A stretch of 64,000 nt of DNA from Camelus dromedarius (Eukaryota). Positions 51,229 through 63,977 of the stretch are shown here, in pieces. The notes under the pieces are model-generated. The model saw only the letters and a program-made list of their open reading frames with translations, was not told the DNA's origin and ran no database searches. The translations under genes and the position numbers were made by a program. Where the stretch lies: assembly GCF_036321535.1 (NCBI RefSeq), contig NC_087436.1, positions 5,828,001-5,892,000 on the forward strand, read 5' to 3'. How positions within the stretch are numbered: position 1 is the first letter of the stretch; each line of letters begins with the position of its first letter.

Positions 51229-53107
51229 ATAGCTCCTTACAGTAGGGAGGTAAAACTCATCCAGGTACTCTATCACAGTTGCATCCAAAGATCTATGTCA
51301 TGCATTTTAATAAATCTGATTTTCTCTTAATGTTGAAGTTACATGAAAAAACAACACAGGTTCATATTTGTATATATTTTGTGTTCCCTCTAGCTAATAT
51401 AGTACCTATCATGCACCTGACATCATATATAAGAGTGAGGATGCATTTGTGTGCATCTGTATGGAGAGAGGGACTCTGGGTAGGCATAAAATTGTATACA
51501 TACAACTATACTTACATTTTTCCTGCCTGGGCAAAATCATTTGAAGAATGAAATATTAGCACAAGATTATTAAAGAGATTAAGAAAATATTTCACCCTGG
51601 ATTTGAGAGCACCATTCTGTGGATACTTACTGCAGGCAATTATTTATAAGAAACTCCACACATCGTCCGCAGGTAACCTGTAATATCAAGGTCTGACTTC
51701 TAGGAGGCATTAATTAAATCAATTTCAGTTTTCCAAGCATGTTTCACTTCTCAGTGACATGGTAGATTTGACTTAAAATAACTGCATTTGAGGTCCACCA
51801 AATGATGAAGGAATCATTTGCCATCATAATCAAATTTAATTATCTCTCCTTGAAACCACTTCTATTTTGCCTAGTGCCATTGGAGTTACTGTCATTGCTG
51901 ACAAGGCAATCCTATGTGTTCAGAGTAGACATTTTTAGAAACTTGGGTACATTTGGGTACCAATTTTGGAAATGCTGTCAAATCAGAAGAAGCACTTTCT
52001 ACCTCATCTCAAAACCTTTTATTTTGCTAATGAGAGAAATCAAATCCTAAAAATTTTGAAGTCCTTGTTTTGTTAGTTGTGAATACTAAACAGTTGCCAT
52101 TCAAGGGAGGTTTTTGAGTGCCTAAGAAATGAACTGGAAAATAAACCCTGAGAATTTAATTTTTTATATGTCTACAGTAAAAAGCATAATAATTTTCTTT
52201 TCTAATACTTTATATGACACTTTTATAATATAAACGTCATAGTTGGCGTGATTGTTCAGACATTCTGCTTAGTAATTTTTTTTTCACTGCAATGGGTCAG
52301 AATCTATTACACTCTTGTTGTCATTTTGATCATTTTAATGAGGGAGCGTCTGTGAAAGATACAAACTGTTGATATTTCCCAAGGATTTAAGTCCCTTTCA
52401 AATTTTCCTCTTTTAACACATGAGATTTTAGAAAGTGTTAAATTTACTTTTTTTTGTCTAAAAAATTCTTTACTGACCTAAACAATTAACTGACACCAAG
52501 CTTCATTATCCTACATTGTTAGACAGAGACTTGGACATGTGAGTTGCTAATTTGATCTATTTGATCACTGTAGCCAAGGTTTTATTAAGATTCTTGAATC
52601 AAGTGTTTTAAATCAAAACTTTGCTTTCTTAGTTCTGAGAGGGCCTGTTGTCTCCATGAATCTTTCCTAAGAATTAACTGAAAAAAACCTGACAGTTTTC
52701 AGTTAATCCTTTAGTACATAATTACTGGTGCTTAACCCAAGAGACAATGCTTGGGGTCACAGTAAACTACCCAATCCACCCATCGAGGGCCGAGTCTAAG
52801 ACAGCAACAGGGCAGGGCAGGAGAAACACAATGCAGATGAAAGAGACAGAAGGAGCGATGGAGGTATACCAAAGGGAGCCATAGAGTTACTTTGATACCA
52901 GGTCCCTCCCTCAGCACCAGCCCTGAAGCTCAGAACTGCCAACCTGAACCACATCTGGCTGAACAGTTTTATCTCCTGGAACTTGGTAAGCCTAGGGGGT
53001 GAATTCTACCTGGTGGGATCACAAACTTTGGTCGACTTCACAGTCATCGATATCTGTCTTCTCCAAATGGATTATTCTTTTTGTTCCTCCAAATTTGATG
53101 AATACTT

Positions 53108-53320
53108 TATTTTTCTCTTTTTTTATTGAATTATAGTCAGTTACAATGTGTCAGTTTCTGGTGCACAGCATCATGTCTCAGTCATACATATACATACGTG
53201 TATTCCTTTTCATATTCTTTTTCATTGTAGGTGACTACAAGATATTGAGTATAGTTCCCTGTGCTCTACAGTAGAAATTTGGTTTTTTTTTCTATTTGTA
53301 TATATAATAGTTAATAGTTG
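53108..53320 (-). mobile_element. L1 3' end
   Basis: tcagtttctggtgcacagc...caagatattgagtatagttccctgtgct. Confidence 0.88.
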
Positions 53321-53579
53321 CAATGAATTATTCTGTCCTGATCAACTTGGGAAAAGCCTGTCTCACTTTCCCTCAAAATAAATTCCATTAAAAACAAAAA
53401 TCAAATGACAGAATCAATGCAAAGCGCTCAGCACAAGTCCTGGTCCAAAATTCTTACTCAATAGAAAGTTATTTCATTCTTCTCCTGAACTTCTCCCAAA
53501 CCCAAGTGCGGCCAGGGGACATGGTAGGTAAATGTGGAAGAAGGCAGTAAGTTACTCTGGCTCTTTCCACTCCTCTCCT

Positions 53580-53746
53580 TTTTTTTCTTTCCTCCCTCCC
53601 TCCCTCTCTCTCTCTCTTTCTTTCTCCTTATTGAGTGGGAAGGTAATTAGGTTTATTTATGTATTTTTAATGGAGGTGCTGGCAGTGGAACCTAGGACCT
53701 CCTGCATGCCAAGCACACGCTCTACCACCGAGCTGTACCCTCCCCC
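53580..53746 (-). mobile_element. tRNA-derived SINE, camelid Vic-1 type
   Basis: aggtaattaggtttatttat...ggaggtgctggcagtggaacctaggacc...ctctaccaccgagctgtaccctcccc. Confidence 0.9.
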
Positions 53747-55349
53747 TCTTTTCTGTTCTTTATCTGGAAATTGAAAACTCCTCTCATCTCCCATGCACCT
53801 GCTGCCCAGCCGGAGCAACTTCCTTCAGATGCTCAGATCTGACTCCATCATTGGTTCTCTCGTCTCTGGGGACCACTAGCCCCTAAAACAGACTAGATGG
53901 AGTATATCATTGTGTGACGTCCAACAGTAGTATCCTCATAAAGTAATCCTGCCAGTACGTATTTTCCCCACATGGATGCTAAAGCGAAGGGCCTTTATAA
54001 AAGAACGATAATTCAGGGAGCACTTATCAGATACAAGACCCCCTGGTTTCTATTTATCATGAAAAATATCTTCAATATGAACAGTGCAGTGCGCTCTGGG
54101 CTGGTTTCTGCAGCTCCTGTCCCTGACAGAGCAGAGCCAACAGCGTTTGAACTGATGGAAGTTCAAATAAAGACTCATCATCACTCTTCAGAGCCATAGA
54201 CTTGACTCAGATGATGGGGAGGCCCTCCAACGGGAAAGGCTTGCTGAACTTTGTTTCATTCCTTGGCACTTAGAAACAACCGTAATTATAGTCCAAACAC
54301 AAATCCCCGGCCAGCCCTGCCACATGTCAGTTCAAGAGGAGGTTTCTCTTGTTAAACAAGGGTGAATAGGAAACTGTAAAGCAAAACAGTACAAAACCAA
54401 ATGAAAACCTGAACTGAAGCATAGAAAACGAAACGTGTGGAAAGATCATAAAATGGACACTTAGCCCTGGCTACGCAGAATTCTTAGGTTCTCTGTGGCA
54501 TAATGCAGGGCTGAATATATTTGCAGCCCCTCCTGGCCAAGTAGTCATATTAAAAGGGAGACAGAGCTTACTGATTTAAAAAATAATTTTTTCTTTTGCT
54601 TTGAATTATTGCAATTGTAGTATGAATTTCTCAGTCTCTCTGGGTAATAGAGTCAGCTTGGCTTACAAATATAAATTTAGTTCATATTCAATCCAACACC
54701 CATTCCACCCTTCTCTAAATTAGTGTTAACTTCAGTTCTCATATTCCCCGGCAAAACTGCAAAGGATTAAATTACACTGCACCCATTTGTTTGGCACAGA
54801 CATAAAAAGCCAATGCAAAATGGATGAATAACCCAGATAAAAATATTTTCATCAACTTTACTATCTTTGATGTAGGAAATAAACATAGAAATCCCACGAA
54901 GGCTTTATTATCATGCAATTTCCAGTACTGTCTACTTCCAAGGAGGCCACAAGGACTTCACAGAAATGACTGACTTTTCAAAAATGAATCTGTGGAACAC
55001 ACAAAATCATTGAGACATTATTTCCTAAATTGAAACGAAACCTCCAAAGGTATTTATTTCTAAAAATTTGCGATTGATTCACAATGCGTTTTTAGAATAT
55101 CTGCAAGTCTTTCAAAACAGCAATGCATGTATCTATACCGCGTAGAAGGTGGAGATGACAGTCACTTACAATGTGTCTCTGGATGTAGCTTTTGTTTTTA
55201 ATCAAACATATACACCAGTATGAATATTTCAGTACTGGAAATGAAAATAGAAAGGAAATACTGTGTTTTATGTAAAGTTTTTTGAAAAAGAAAAATGTTC
55301 TCAATCAAGGACATACAGCTGGTAGAGTCTGGAGCTGTATTTCAGTGAA

Positions 55350-55665
55350 CCTTATGCTGAGCTCGTGACAGGGGCCTGGGGTCAGTGAAAGTCAGGTTGG
55401 ATTCCTGTTTTCCTTTTATGGTCTGGGAACCCTGGAAAATTTACTCAAAATATGTACCTCAGCTCCTTATTAACAAAAATAGGCATTATATCTACCCAGA
55501 TTTACTACTGTAAGAATTAAATACTACTACTAATAGTAATAGCAACAGAATTGTAATTTTGTAGCCAAAATTTATTAAAGGGTTAGGGCATGCCAGATTC
55601 TTTGATAAATGTTTAAAATATATGGTCTCATTTAATTCTCAGAGAACTCGATGGGTAAGTATTTT
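55350..55665. mobile_element. two MIR fragments in opposite orientation
   Basis: ctggggtcagtgaaag...tacctcagctcctt...taagaattaaa (+); gcatgccag...tctcatttaattctca (-). Confidence 0.55.
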
Positions 55666-56364
55666 AAAATGTATTTTTTAGGTTAAGAAGTTTAGACCAA
55701 AAGAAAGTTGAAGATGTTCATTTTTTCCACCAGATAGTAGCTGCCTCAGCAGAGAGTTCATAATATATGAAGCTGAAATAAAAGAAATAATTATGAGAAA
55801 CTTTCCACTCTCACAGAAGCTAGAACATGACAGGTACTCAGCAAAGGTCATCGCTCTCTTTTTATTAATTTCTTCCTCTTTTTTTGATTTGTGAGAAAGG
55901 ACAGGAGACACTGGGAAAAAGGCTCAGTCCCTATTGTGACATTCTGGCTCAAGCAAGTCGTCTGAGCTGCATATTCCAAGTCTGTTAAAGCAGAGGGAAG
56001 GACACACACTGTAAAATAATTAATAAAGGACATATTAGAAATTAATCATTACCCTATGGAGAGATACATCTACCTTCAAAATATTAATGTTGTGACCATT
56101 TCTCAAAACATTCAAACTAATTTGATTTTTTTCAACATATTTGCTGTATTTTTCATATAGCAAAACTGCCTCTGTCACATGGATGTATTTCCAGATTTGA
56201 AATATCTTTATTCTGAAGTGCACAATGATTAAAAGAAAAAAAAAAATAAAAAGGCTCAATCACATCTCCAACATCTCTTGAACACATCCACTTGCTGCTT
56301 CTTTAATTTCTGTAATTTGCTAAATGGAACTTGTAGAAAATAGTTGTTTAAATTACAACTTAAC

Positions 56365-56525
56365 ATTTTTATTAAAGTATAGTTGATTTACGATATTATA
56401 TTTGTTTCAAGTGTAAAACATAGTGATTCAATATTTTAATAGGTTATACTCCATTTAACATTATTACAAAATAACGGCTGTATTTCCCTGTGCTGTATAG
56501 TATATCCTTGTTACTTATTTATTTA
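56365..56525 (-). mobile_element. L1 3' end
   Basis: attaaagtatagttgattta...tatttccctgtgctgtatagtatatccttgtt. Confidence 0.85.
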
Positions 56526-56959
56526 CAATATGATACTACTGATCTACTTTTAACAGCTTGGTCCAGGGAAATATGTGCATTTCCCCAGGAGATTTGAGGC
56601 TAGTCAGTACTTTTTGTGTATTTAAAACTTTAGAAAAGCAACAACTATTGTTACAAAAATAGTTTTTTTTCTTCCACAAATAAGCATAGAGGATTATAAA
56701 CATGTTTGTCTTATCATTGGAAGATTGTCTATTTCTAAATTTTGCCCTAAATTGAAATATTTTTTTCATCTGTTACTCAAGAGTCTGTGCATAGTTCATT
56801 TATGTTTCTACTCTAAATACTTCAGATTTATTGTTTTGGCTTCAAAATACTGTTTCACTGTTTATATTTGATGTTAGGACTAAAACATTTAAATTGTTTT
56901 CAGAATATTTTCCCATATATTACCAATTAAGGCATTTAAAGCTTACTCTGTTTTGATCC

Positions 56960-57485
56960 TGTTACTGAGTCTAAGCGCATACTGCTTGCTGCATGACAGA
57001 CCAATACATGAAGAAATGAGGTGCTGGGGCAGGGAATTTAATTACATTTATAGCAACTTTATTCAGAAAGCCAGTAGACTGAAAAGATGGTGGACTAGTA
57101 TCCCAAAGGACCGTCTCACCTGAGTTTGAATTCAAGTTTCTTTTCTACTAAAAGGGGAGGGGGTCTGTGTGGTTGTTACAAACTTCTTGGTGTCATAGTC
57201 CTTTGTTCTTGCAGCTGTCCACGTGGTCATGATGGTCCTGTAAAGCTCCAACAGGACAAATGTTACTCCTTGTTCTGCAACTTTTTAGCTTTATATGAAT
57301 GGGAAAGTGTTACATCCTTAAAGATCAGAGCCTTGAGGATGGGCTGTCCTGTCTATTTCAGGCTCTAGGCAACATTCTTTTACAAAAGGTGCAGAACCAG
57401 CATGACTGAGCCCAGGAAACAGAGCGCAGAGTGAGAACCAGAGGAACAGGTCTGTATGAAGTCAGATTTGTTCTTCTCTGTTTCA
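56960..57485 (-). mobile_element. ERV1 solo LTR (family C, copy 2)
   Basis: long near-identical blocks shared with 31243-31761 (e.g. ttacaaaaggtgcagaaccagcatgactgagcccaggaaacagagc); TSD atcc/accc. Confidence 0.9.
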
Positions 57486-57904
57486 ACCCTAGCTATCAAA
57501 TAGTCATAACTTTAATATGAAAATATTAGTTCTTAATCTCCAATTCTAGGTAAACCAAGGTAAATGTGATTCATTTTGTTCATTAAATATTTGAGTTACT
57601 GCACCTATCAACTCAAGTTCATGTAATTATTTGGTAAATCTTCCTGAAACAGAAGTAATATGATGAAAATGTATGACAGAAAGGAAGAGGGTAAAAGTAT
57701 TCAGCACCCTTAGGGAAAAAAGCAACAAAATTAAAGTAGTAAGATCATTGCACATCATCAGTACATCTGTTTTGGGAAAACATGTGGGAACACATATAAG
57801 CAATAAATAAACATTTATTATGTAAATGATTTTTAGAGTCTACTTCATGGCATTGTCCTTAACAAAAATGGAATAAGGAAAATAAATTTAAATGTCAAAA
57901 GTAA

Positions 57905-58648
57905 TTTGTTATTTCCTTTGAATGTATAGCAAGAAGTGGGATTGCTGTATCACATGATAGTTCTATGTTTAATTCCTAGGGAACCTCTATGCTGTTTTCC
58001 ATAATGGCTATAACAATTTACATTTATGCCCAAACTATACAAGTGTTATTATTCTTGAAAACATTTTTTACCTTTTGACTTTTTTATGATAGCCATTCTA
58101 ACAGGTGTCAGGTGATAACTTACTGTGATTTTGATTTGCATCCCCTGATGATTAGCAATGTTTTGAGAAACATTTATTCTGGTCCTTTGCTGATGTTTTA
58201 ATCAGGTTATTTGTGTTTTTAATATTAAGTGTCTCACATATTTTTGTATCAACCTCTTATCAGATATATGGTTTGCAAATATTTTATCCCATCCTGTAAG
58301 TTGTGTTTTCACTCTGTTGATTGTTTCCTTTACTGTGCAGAAGGTTTCTAGTTTGAGCAATCTCACTTGTCTATTCTTACTACTGTTGCATGTGCATTTA
58401 GTGTCATATCCAAAAAAACATAGCCAAGACCAATGTGAAGGAGTTTTCTCTATGTTTTCTTCTAGTAGTTTTACATTTTTGGGTCTTACATTTAAGTCTT
58501 TAATCCACTTTGAGTTGATTTTTGTATATAGAGTGAGATAAGGGTCCAATTTTATTCTTCTGCATTTAGATATTTAATTTTTGTAACACCATTTATTGAA
58601 GAGACTATCTTTTCTCATTGTATGTTCTTGGAAGATCAGTTGACATGC
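57905..58648 (-). mobile_element. inverted 5' segment of an L1MA-type element (ORF2 remnant)
   Basis: ORF 58202-58549(-) begins MDPYLTLYTKINSKWIKDLNVRP, matching L1 ORF2p. Confidence 0.92.
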
Positions 58649-59300
58649 ATAGCTATCAAAGAGATACCTATGCTCTCATGTTCATTGCAACAAATTGTTC
58701 ACAGTAGCCAAGATACGGAAACAACCTAAATGTCCACCAGCTGATGCATGGATAAAGAGAATGTGGTATATGTATACAATGGATATTATTCAGACTTTGA
58801 AAAATAGGGAATTCTACCATTTGGAACAACATAAATGAAACTGGAGGACGTTATGCTAAATGAAATAAGCAGACACAGAAAGACAAATATTGCATGATCT
58901 CACTTATATGTGGAATCTAAAATAGTCACATTCATAGAAGCAGAGAGTAGAATGGCAGATGCCAGAGGTAGAAGGGAGGGGCCAGTGTGGAGATGTTGCC
59001 CTAAGGGTACCTAGTTTCTGTTTGCAACATAAATAAGGTCTAAGATCTAATGTGCAGTGTGACGACTACACTTAATAATACTATATTGAATACTTGAAGT
59101 TTATTAAGAGAGTAGATCTTCAGTTCTCATCACACAGACACAAAATAAGAAAGAAAATGGTAACTGTGTGAGGTGATGGATACATTAATTAGCTTGATTG
59201 TGGTGATCATTTTATAATGTGCACACATATCAAAACATCAATTTGTGTACCTTAAATACATACAATTCTTATTTTTCAATTTTACCTCAATTTTAAAAAA
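58649..59300 (+). mobile_element. 3' segment of the same L1MA-type element
   Basis: catgttcattgca...agccaagatacggaaacaacctaaatgtcc...gtgaggtgatggatacattaattagcttgattgtggtgatca. Confidence 0.92.
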
Positions 59301-60144
59301 GTTTGTCATTTAGCATCTAGAACCCTCAGTCTGAATCAAAGCTGAGTTTTACAAGTAGAAGAAACCTGTACTCTGGACTTCTGATAATATTTAGTGAAAA
59401 GATAGAAAATTATCATTTATAATTATTCCTCTTGCTTTTCAGGTAAAATAATGAAAACTTTGCAGGGTATATATTTCACATGAATATCTTTTCTATAAAA
59501 GTTTGATTTGATTGGAGATTTTGCAGTCCACGATCCTGGTTGCTGTGGCTTAAGTTCAGATGGCCTGACAGCACCAAGTCTATCCCAAACTCCGTGATGC
59601 AAAAATTTATGCCAATAGCAATTTTTCCCAATCAAAATATTGACACGGGGAATGATCTCTTTTAAAACAGGTAGAATATTTAAAAATAAAATCAAGGTCT
59701 ATAGCTCTAGTATCTTTCAAATTGCAAGTTTCATCACTCCGAGTTTCATCCCTCAATTGGTCTCACTACTAGGTGGAACTCGCTGTCTTGAAGTTGTTGT
59801 TGTTGGTTGCCAACTGTCTTAAAGGATGTGGTAGAACCAGAGACACAGACTTGGTTAAAAGGAGTGTAATTATAGTGAGTTTTGAATTAACAGAAATAGC
59901 TATCCTTGCCACCAGTTAATCAGTTATATATAAGCAGTAATGGTCTTCCTAGTTCTCCATTACATCAAAGATTTTCTCAAGATGTCTTCCTAAATGGTGG
60001 ATGTCATTAAAAAAAAATGTATGCAGAGTTTGATGGTTGTCTGCTTATCCTTAAAATTTTCCATCTTAAAAAAAAATGTTGATCTGATTAATGAAGCATT
60101 GGTATTGAGAGACCCAAACAGTTGCAAAACTCTTAACAGTCTGC

Positions 60145-60307
60145 TCCTTGCTACTGAAAGGGTGGTCCATGGACCCGTCACATTGGCATTAACTTGAGCT
60201 TATTAGAACGGCAGAATTCCATCTACATTCCACTGACTGAATCAGAATCTGCATTTTAACAATATACCCAGGAGGTTTGAATGCATATTAAATTCCGAGA
60301 ATACTGC
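60145..60307. mobile_element. MER5A-type hAT DNA transposon
   Basis: ccttgctact..aagggtggtccatggacc...actgaatcagaatctgcattttaacaa. Confidence 0.8.
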
Positions 60308-62127
60308 AAAGTCACACCTTTACTTATGCTCAAGTTTTCCTGAGCTCAGTCATGCAGCCCTGAAATACAGCTTGGTACCAAGCACGGATTCCGGAGCCTC
60401 TGAGCTAAATGTGTGTAGGTTGGCCTCCACCAACTGTTAGATGTTAAAATTATACAGAGAAAAGTTCTCTAATACAGAAGGGGAAGAAAATTAAAGGAAG
60501 TTTTCAAACAGGATCAGTCATTATATTCAAACTGTTGCCTGTTCAATCAGCCTTCACTTAGCACTTCATTCAAAGACTACATAGCATGGATTAAATATAA
60601 ATAAAAATAGGATTGCTAGTGTTCACATCCCCTGAACTAAGCACAATTTAAAACCTACATATTACCTTCTGATAATAACGGTAATCCTCAAATCCTGAAG
60701 ACAATATTAAAAAAAAAAGTAACTAACACAGCTGACAGATTGGCTGATCAAAATCTCCAATATTCTTTCTTCCTTTTCTTTAATGGTTTAAACATACTAA
60801 ACAAAATAGTGATATTTTAAGTTTGAAGCAAGTATTATATTTTAGCCTGAAACCGTTGGAAATCATTTAACGTTTCTTTTTTACTTTGCCAGTTTTCTTG
60901 GGATATTTGGTCCCAAAGATACATTTTGTATTTTAATTTTAGAAGTTTTTTTCTGGTCTACCTTTAGAAAATTTCATCTTGACAATGTAAACTGGATGAT
61001 CGGAACTTATTTTCTAATATTTTCATTATCCATCCAAGTTTCGTGACATATTAAAACATTAAATTGAGTTTCAACTTTTCAACTGAGTATGCAAAACAGA
61101 GGAAAATTTGATACCAATCAATAAAAGGAAATTCCAAACACAAAGGAAATTTGAGCTACTAAACTAGCTTCACTGGGTTTTTTTTTTTTTAGGATATCCA
61201 AGTTTTTATAAATAGTAATGATTTGAAGATGAAAAACACCATGATATAAGAATTTAATAGCAATATTTTCCTATCAAAATGTTGACATATTGACAAGAAA
61301 ATTATCTCTTTTAAAATAGGTGCAGTATTTAAAAATAAAAATAAGATCTGTAGCTCTAACATCTTTCAAATCTCAAAGGCTGAAAATGAACTCTGCTATG
61401 TTGAATTAAATATTTGTAAAACAGAAAACATTGTTAGGACATAAACGTAATTAATGATCTAGCTTAACTTTCTGACTCTGATTCTTATCAACCATGAAAT
61501 TACACATAAGAAACTTCAACTTTACTTGTATTGTCCTCACTCTGATTAGGGGAGCAGATACAGTCATCTGTAACATTTTTTAGTGACTTTAAGTGCAGAC
61601 TAAGATTTAAATAGCAAGCAAGAACATCTCTGAACTTTGAAATACCAGTAAGAAGTTTCAGTGACTAGAGTCTTAATTGGGAACTTTGGATGCATATAGG
61701 ACATTCGAGAGAGGACATTTTGACTTAAAATTTTAAAATTTATTATTAACATAAGATTTTTTTTACCGTGACCCAAATGGAAGGTAGGACATTTGAGAAC
61801 TGACATCTTAACAACCCAATTCTGCAGCTAAATAAATCTTGCAGGCACGGTTGTGCTCACCTCATCTGGGTTACCTGACGGAAACAGAAAATAACTTTCG
61901 TGGTTCTAGGGTAATAACACTACATAAAATTATTGGAAAAGTGAGTAATAAACATCTAAAACTTCACAGGCTTTTCAATGCTTGTTATTAGTTAGAGTCT
62001 CTTAAAGGTATACCACCAGGGGTAAGGATTTAGATTTAGAGGATTTTCAATTTTGGGGGGGGGGGGGATTTAAATTTTGTTTACAAATATTCTTATGAAC
62101 TGAATATTAAAAATATATTATTCTGGA

Positions 62128-62345
62128 CCAGCATTCTCAATTAAGGTGTCTCAATAAAATCACCTGGGACCTTTTAAAAATATTAGTGTCTGAAAAAATA
62201 TATATATATAAACTAAAATATTTATGTCTGAGCACTTCTGCTCAGGGATTCTGATCATTAGAATGGTGGGTCCCGAGTGTCGCTGTTTTTTTAAAAGCTC
62301 CCTGGAGGTGCTAATGCACAGCCAGGCTTGAGAACCACTGGTCTA
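62128..62345. mobile_element. MER5-type hAT DNA transposon
   Basis: ttctcaa...aatcacctggga...aaagctccctggaggtgctaatgcacagccaggcttgagaaccactg. Confidence 0.8.
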
Positions 62346-62552
62346 AACTCCAACGGAAGAAAGGATCTCTCTCCAATAAACAATAGTGCATTTATATCAG
62401 TTGATAATCCTAATTATTAATTTATCTCTCATTTACTGAACATAAGTTATTGAGATAGGCTCAGAGGGCACAAGATTAAAAAAATGAAACAGATTCCTGC
62501 CCTTTCTGACCTAGTGGGAGAGCCAGCTTAACAAAGAGATGATTTCAATATG

Positions 62553-62865
62553 CAGTCCCTTGGTATCTGCAGGGGGCTGGTTCCCGGACTCCCTGTGGGT
62601 ACCAAAATCCCCAGATGCACAAGTCCCTTGCATAAAATGCTGTAGTATTTGCGTGTAATCTACACACATCCTCCGTTTACTTTAAACCATCTCCAGATTA
62701 CTTATAATACCAAATATGACGTAAGTGCTATGAAAATAGTTGTAGTTGACAGTGTGCAGCAAGTCAAGTTTTGCTTTATGGAATTTTCTGGAAATGTTTT
62801 TTTCCGAATATTTTCCATCAGTGGTTGAATGAATCTGCAGATGCGGAGACATGGTGCACTGACTG
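62553..62865. mobile_element. MER2 (Tigger/TcMar) DNA transposon
   Basis: cagtc...gactg terminal inverted repeats, TA on the right; taccaaaatcc...caagtccct...catctccagattacttataatacc. Confidence 0.85.
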
Positions 62866-63189
62866 TAGTGCTAGATAGGGTGAAGAAAGAGCCCTGGGGG
62901 ATGGGGGGGGAGGTAGGCAGAGAGGGATAAGGATGGGGGAAAAAGGACATGTAGGGTGGAAACTAAGATGAGAAAAGACCTAGAAGAAGAAAGATCATGA
63001 CTGGGTCATCTGAGAACCGTAAAGTGAAGCAAAATCAGAAGAGTCTGGGCACAGATGCTCAGGGGGTGTCAACATTACCGAGGAAGAAACAGGGTACCGT
63101 TAACTCATCTTGAGAATGGCAAGGAATGAAATACAATGAAGAATCAGGCCGTGTTATCCAGACTACTATTTTATTAATAACAGTGATTA

Positions 63190-63420
63190 CTTACATATTT
63201 TTAATAACAGTGGTAGCTTGCCTTTAATGAGTGCAAATACTCTTCAAAACAGTTTTCATGAATTAGCTCACTTAATATTTTCCCATTTTTACAGATGAGG
63301 AAGCAGAGGCACAGAGAAATTAAGTAACCACCCCCTGCCCAAAGATCACACAGTAAGTGGCAGAGCCTGGAGTCAAGATAAGAATCTAACTCCAAAGTCT
63401 ACACTTCGTTACTGTGCTAA
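63190..63420 (-). mobile_element. MIR SINE
   Basis: cccattttta cagatgaggaagcagaggcacagagaaattaagtaac...agtaagtggcagagcctgg is the MIR core. Confidence 0.85.
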
Positions 63421-63977
63421 TAATGACTCACATTTTAAAAAAAATCCATTTTGTGATTTTTTAAAAATCAAAGCACTTTCATTATAATTTAATTTATTGA
63501 CTACATAAAAATTAATATTATAGATCAAACATTATCTGCAGTTTATATATTAGAAAACAGGATTTTAAAATTTAAACTGGTTTTGATATTCCCATTTCTT
63601 TGAAATGTTTATTTCAAATTTATTTATTATTACCATTTAATCTTTTCCTCTTCACAGCAAACACGCAGAAATGGGATTTTTCTCTCCAGAATCGTGCTAA
63701 CATTACAATTTTTTTTTCTTTTTCCTGGAAAAATAGGTAGTAGACTTTGATTCCAAAATTGTGTTCTTTTCTCCCCTCATGTTTCATTCTTTATCGTGGA
63801 TCAATTTTATTTAACTTCCATTTTATAAAACATGGGGAATTAATAGGAGGGGTCTGAGTTACTAATAAAAGGGTTCTGTCATCCTAAAGTGAGCTTTGTG
63901 CAGGGCAGGACAGGAGCCATATCCTTGCACCGCCGTCCCTCCCGCTCATGGGGAGATTGCTCAGGACGTTGGGGCCG

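Noticed and set aside
31243..57485. The two family C LTRs as the ends of one 26-kb provirus
   Set aside because: Each has its own TSD (ctta; atcc/accc), and most of the intervening DNA is ordinary genomic sequence.
58202..58549. 115-aa ORF as a functional CDS
   Set aside because: Frameshifted fragment of L1 ORF2p inside a truncated, rearranged element.
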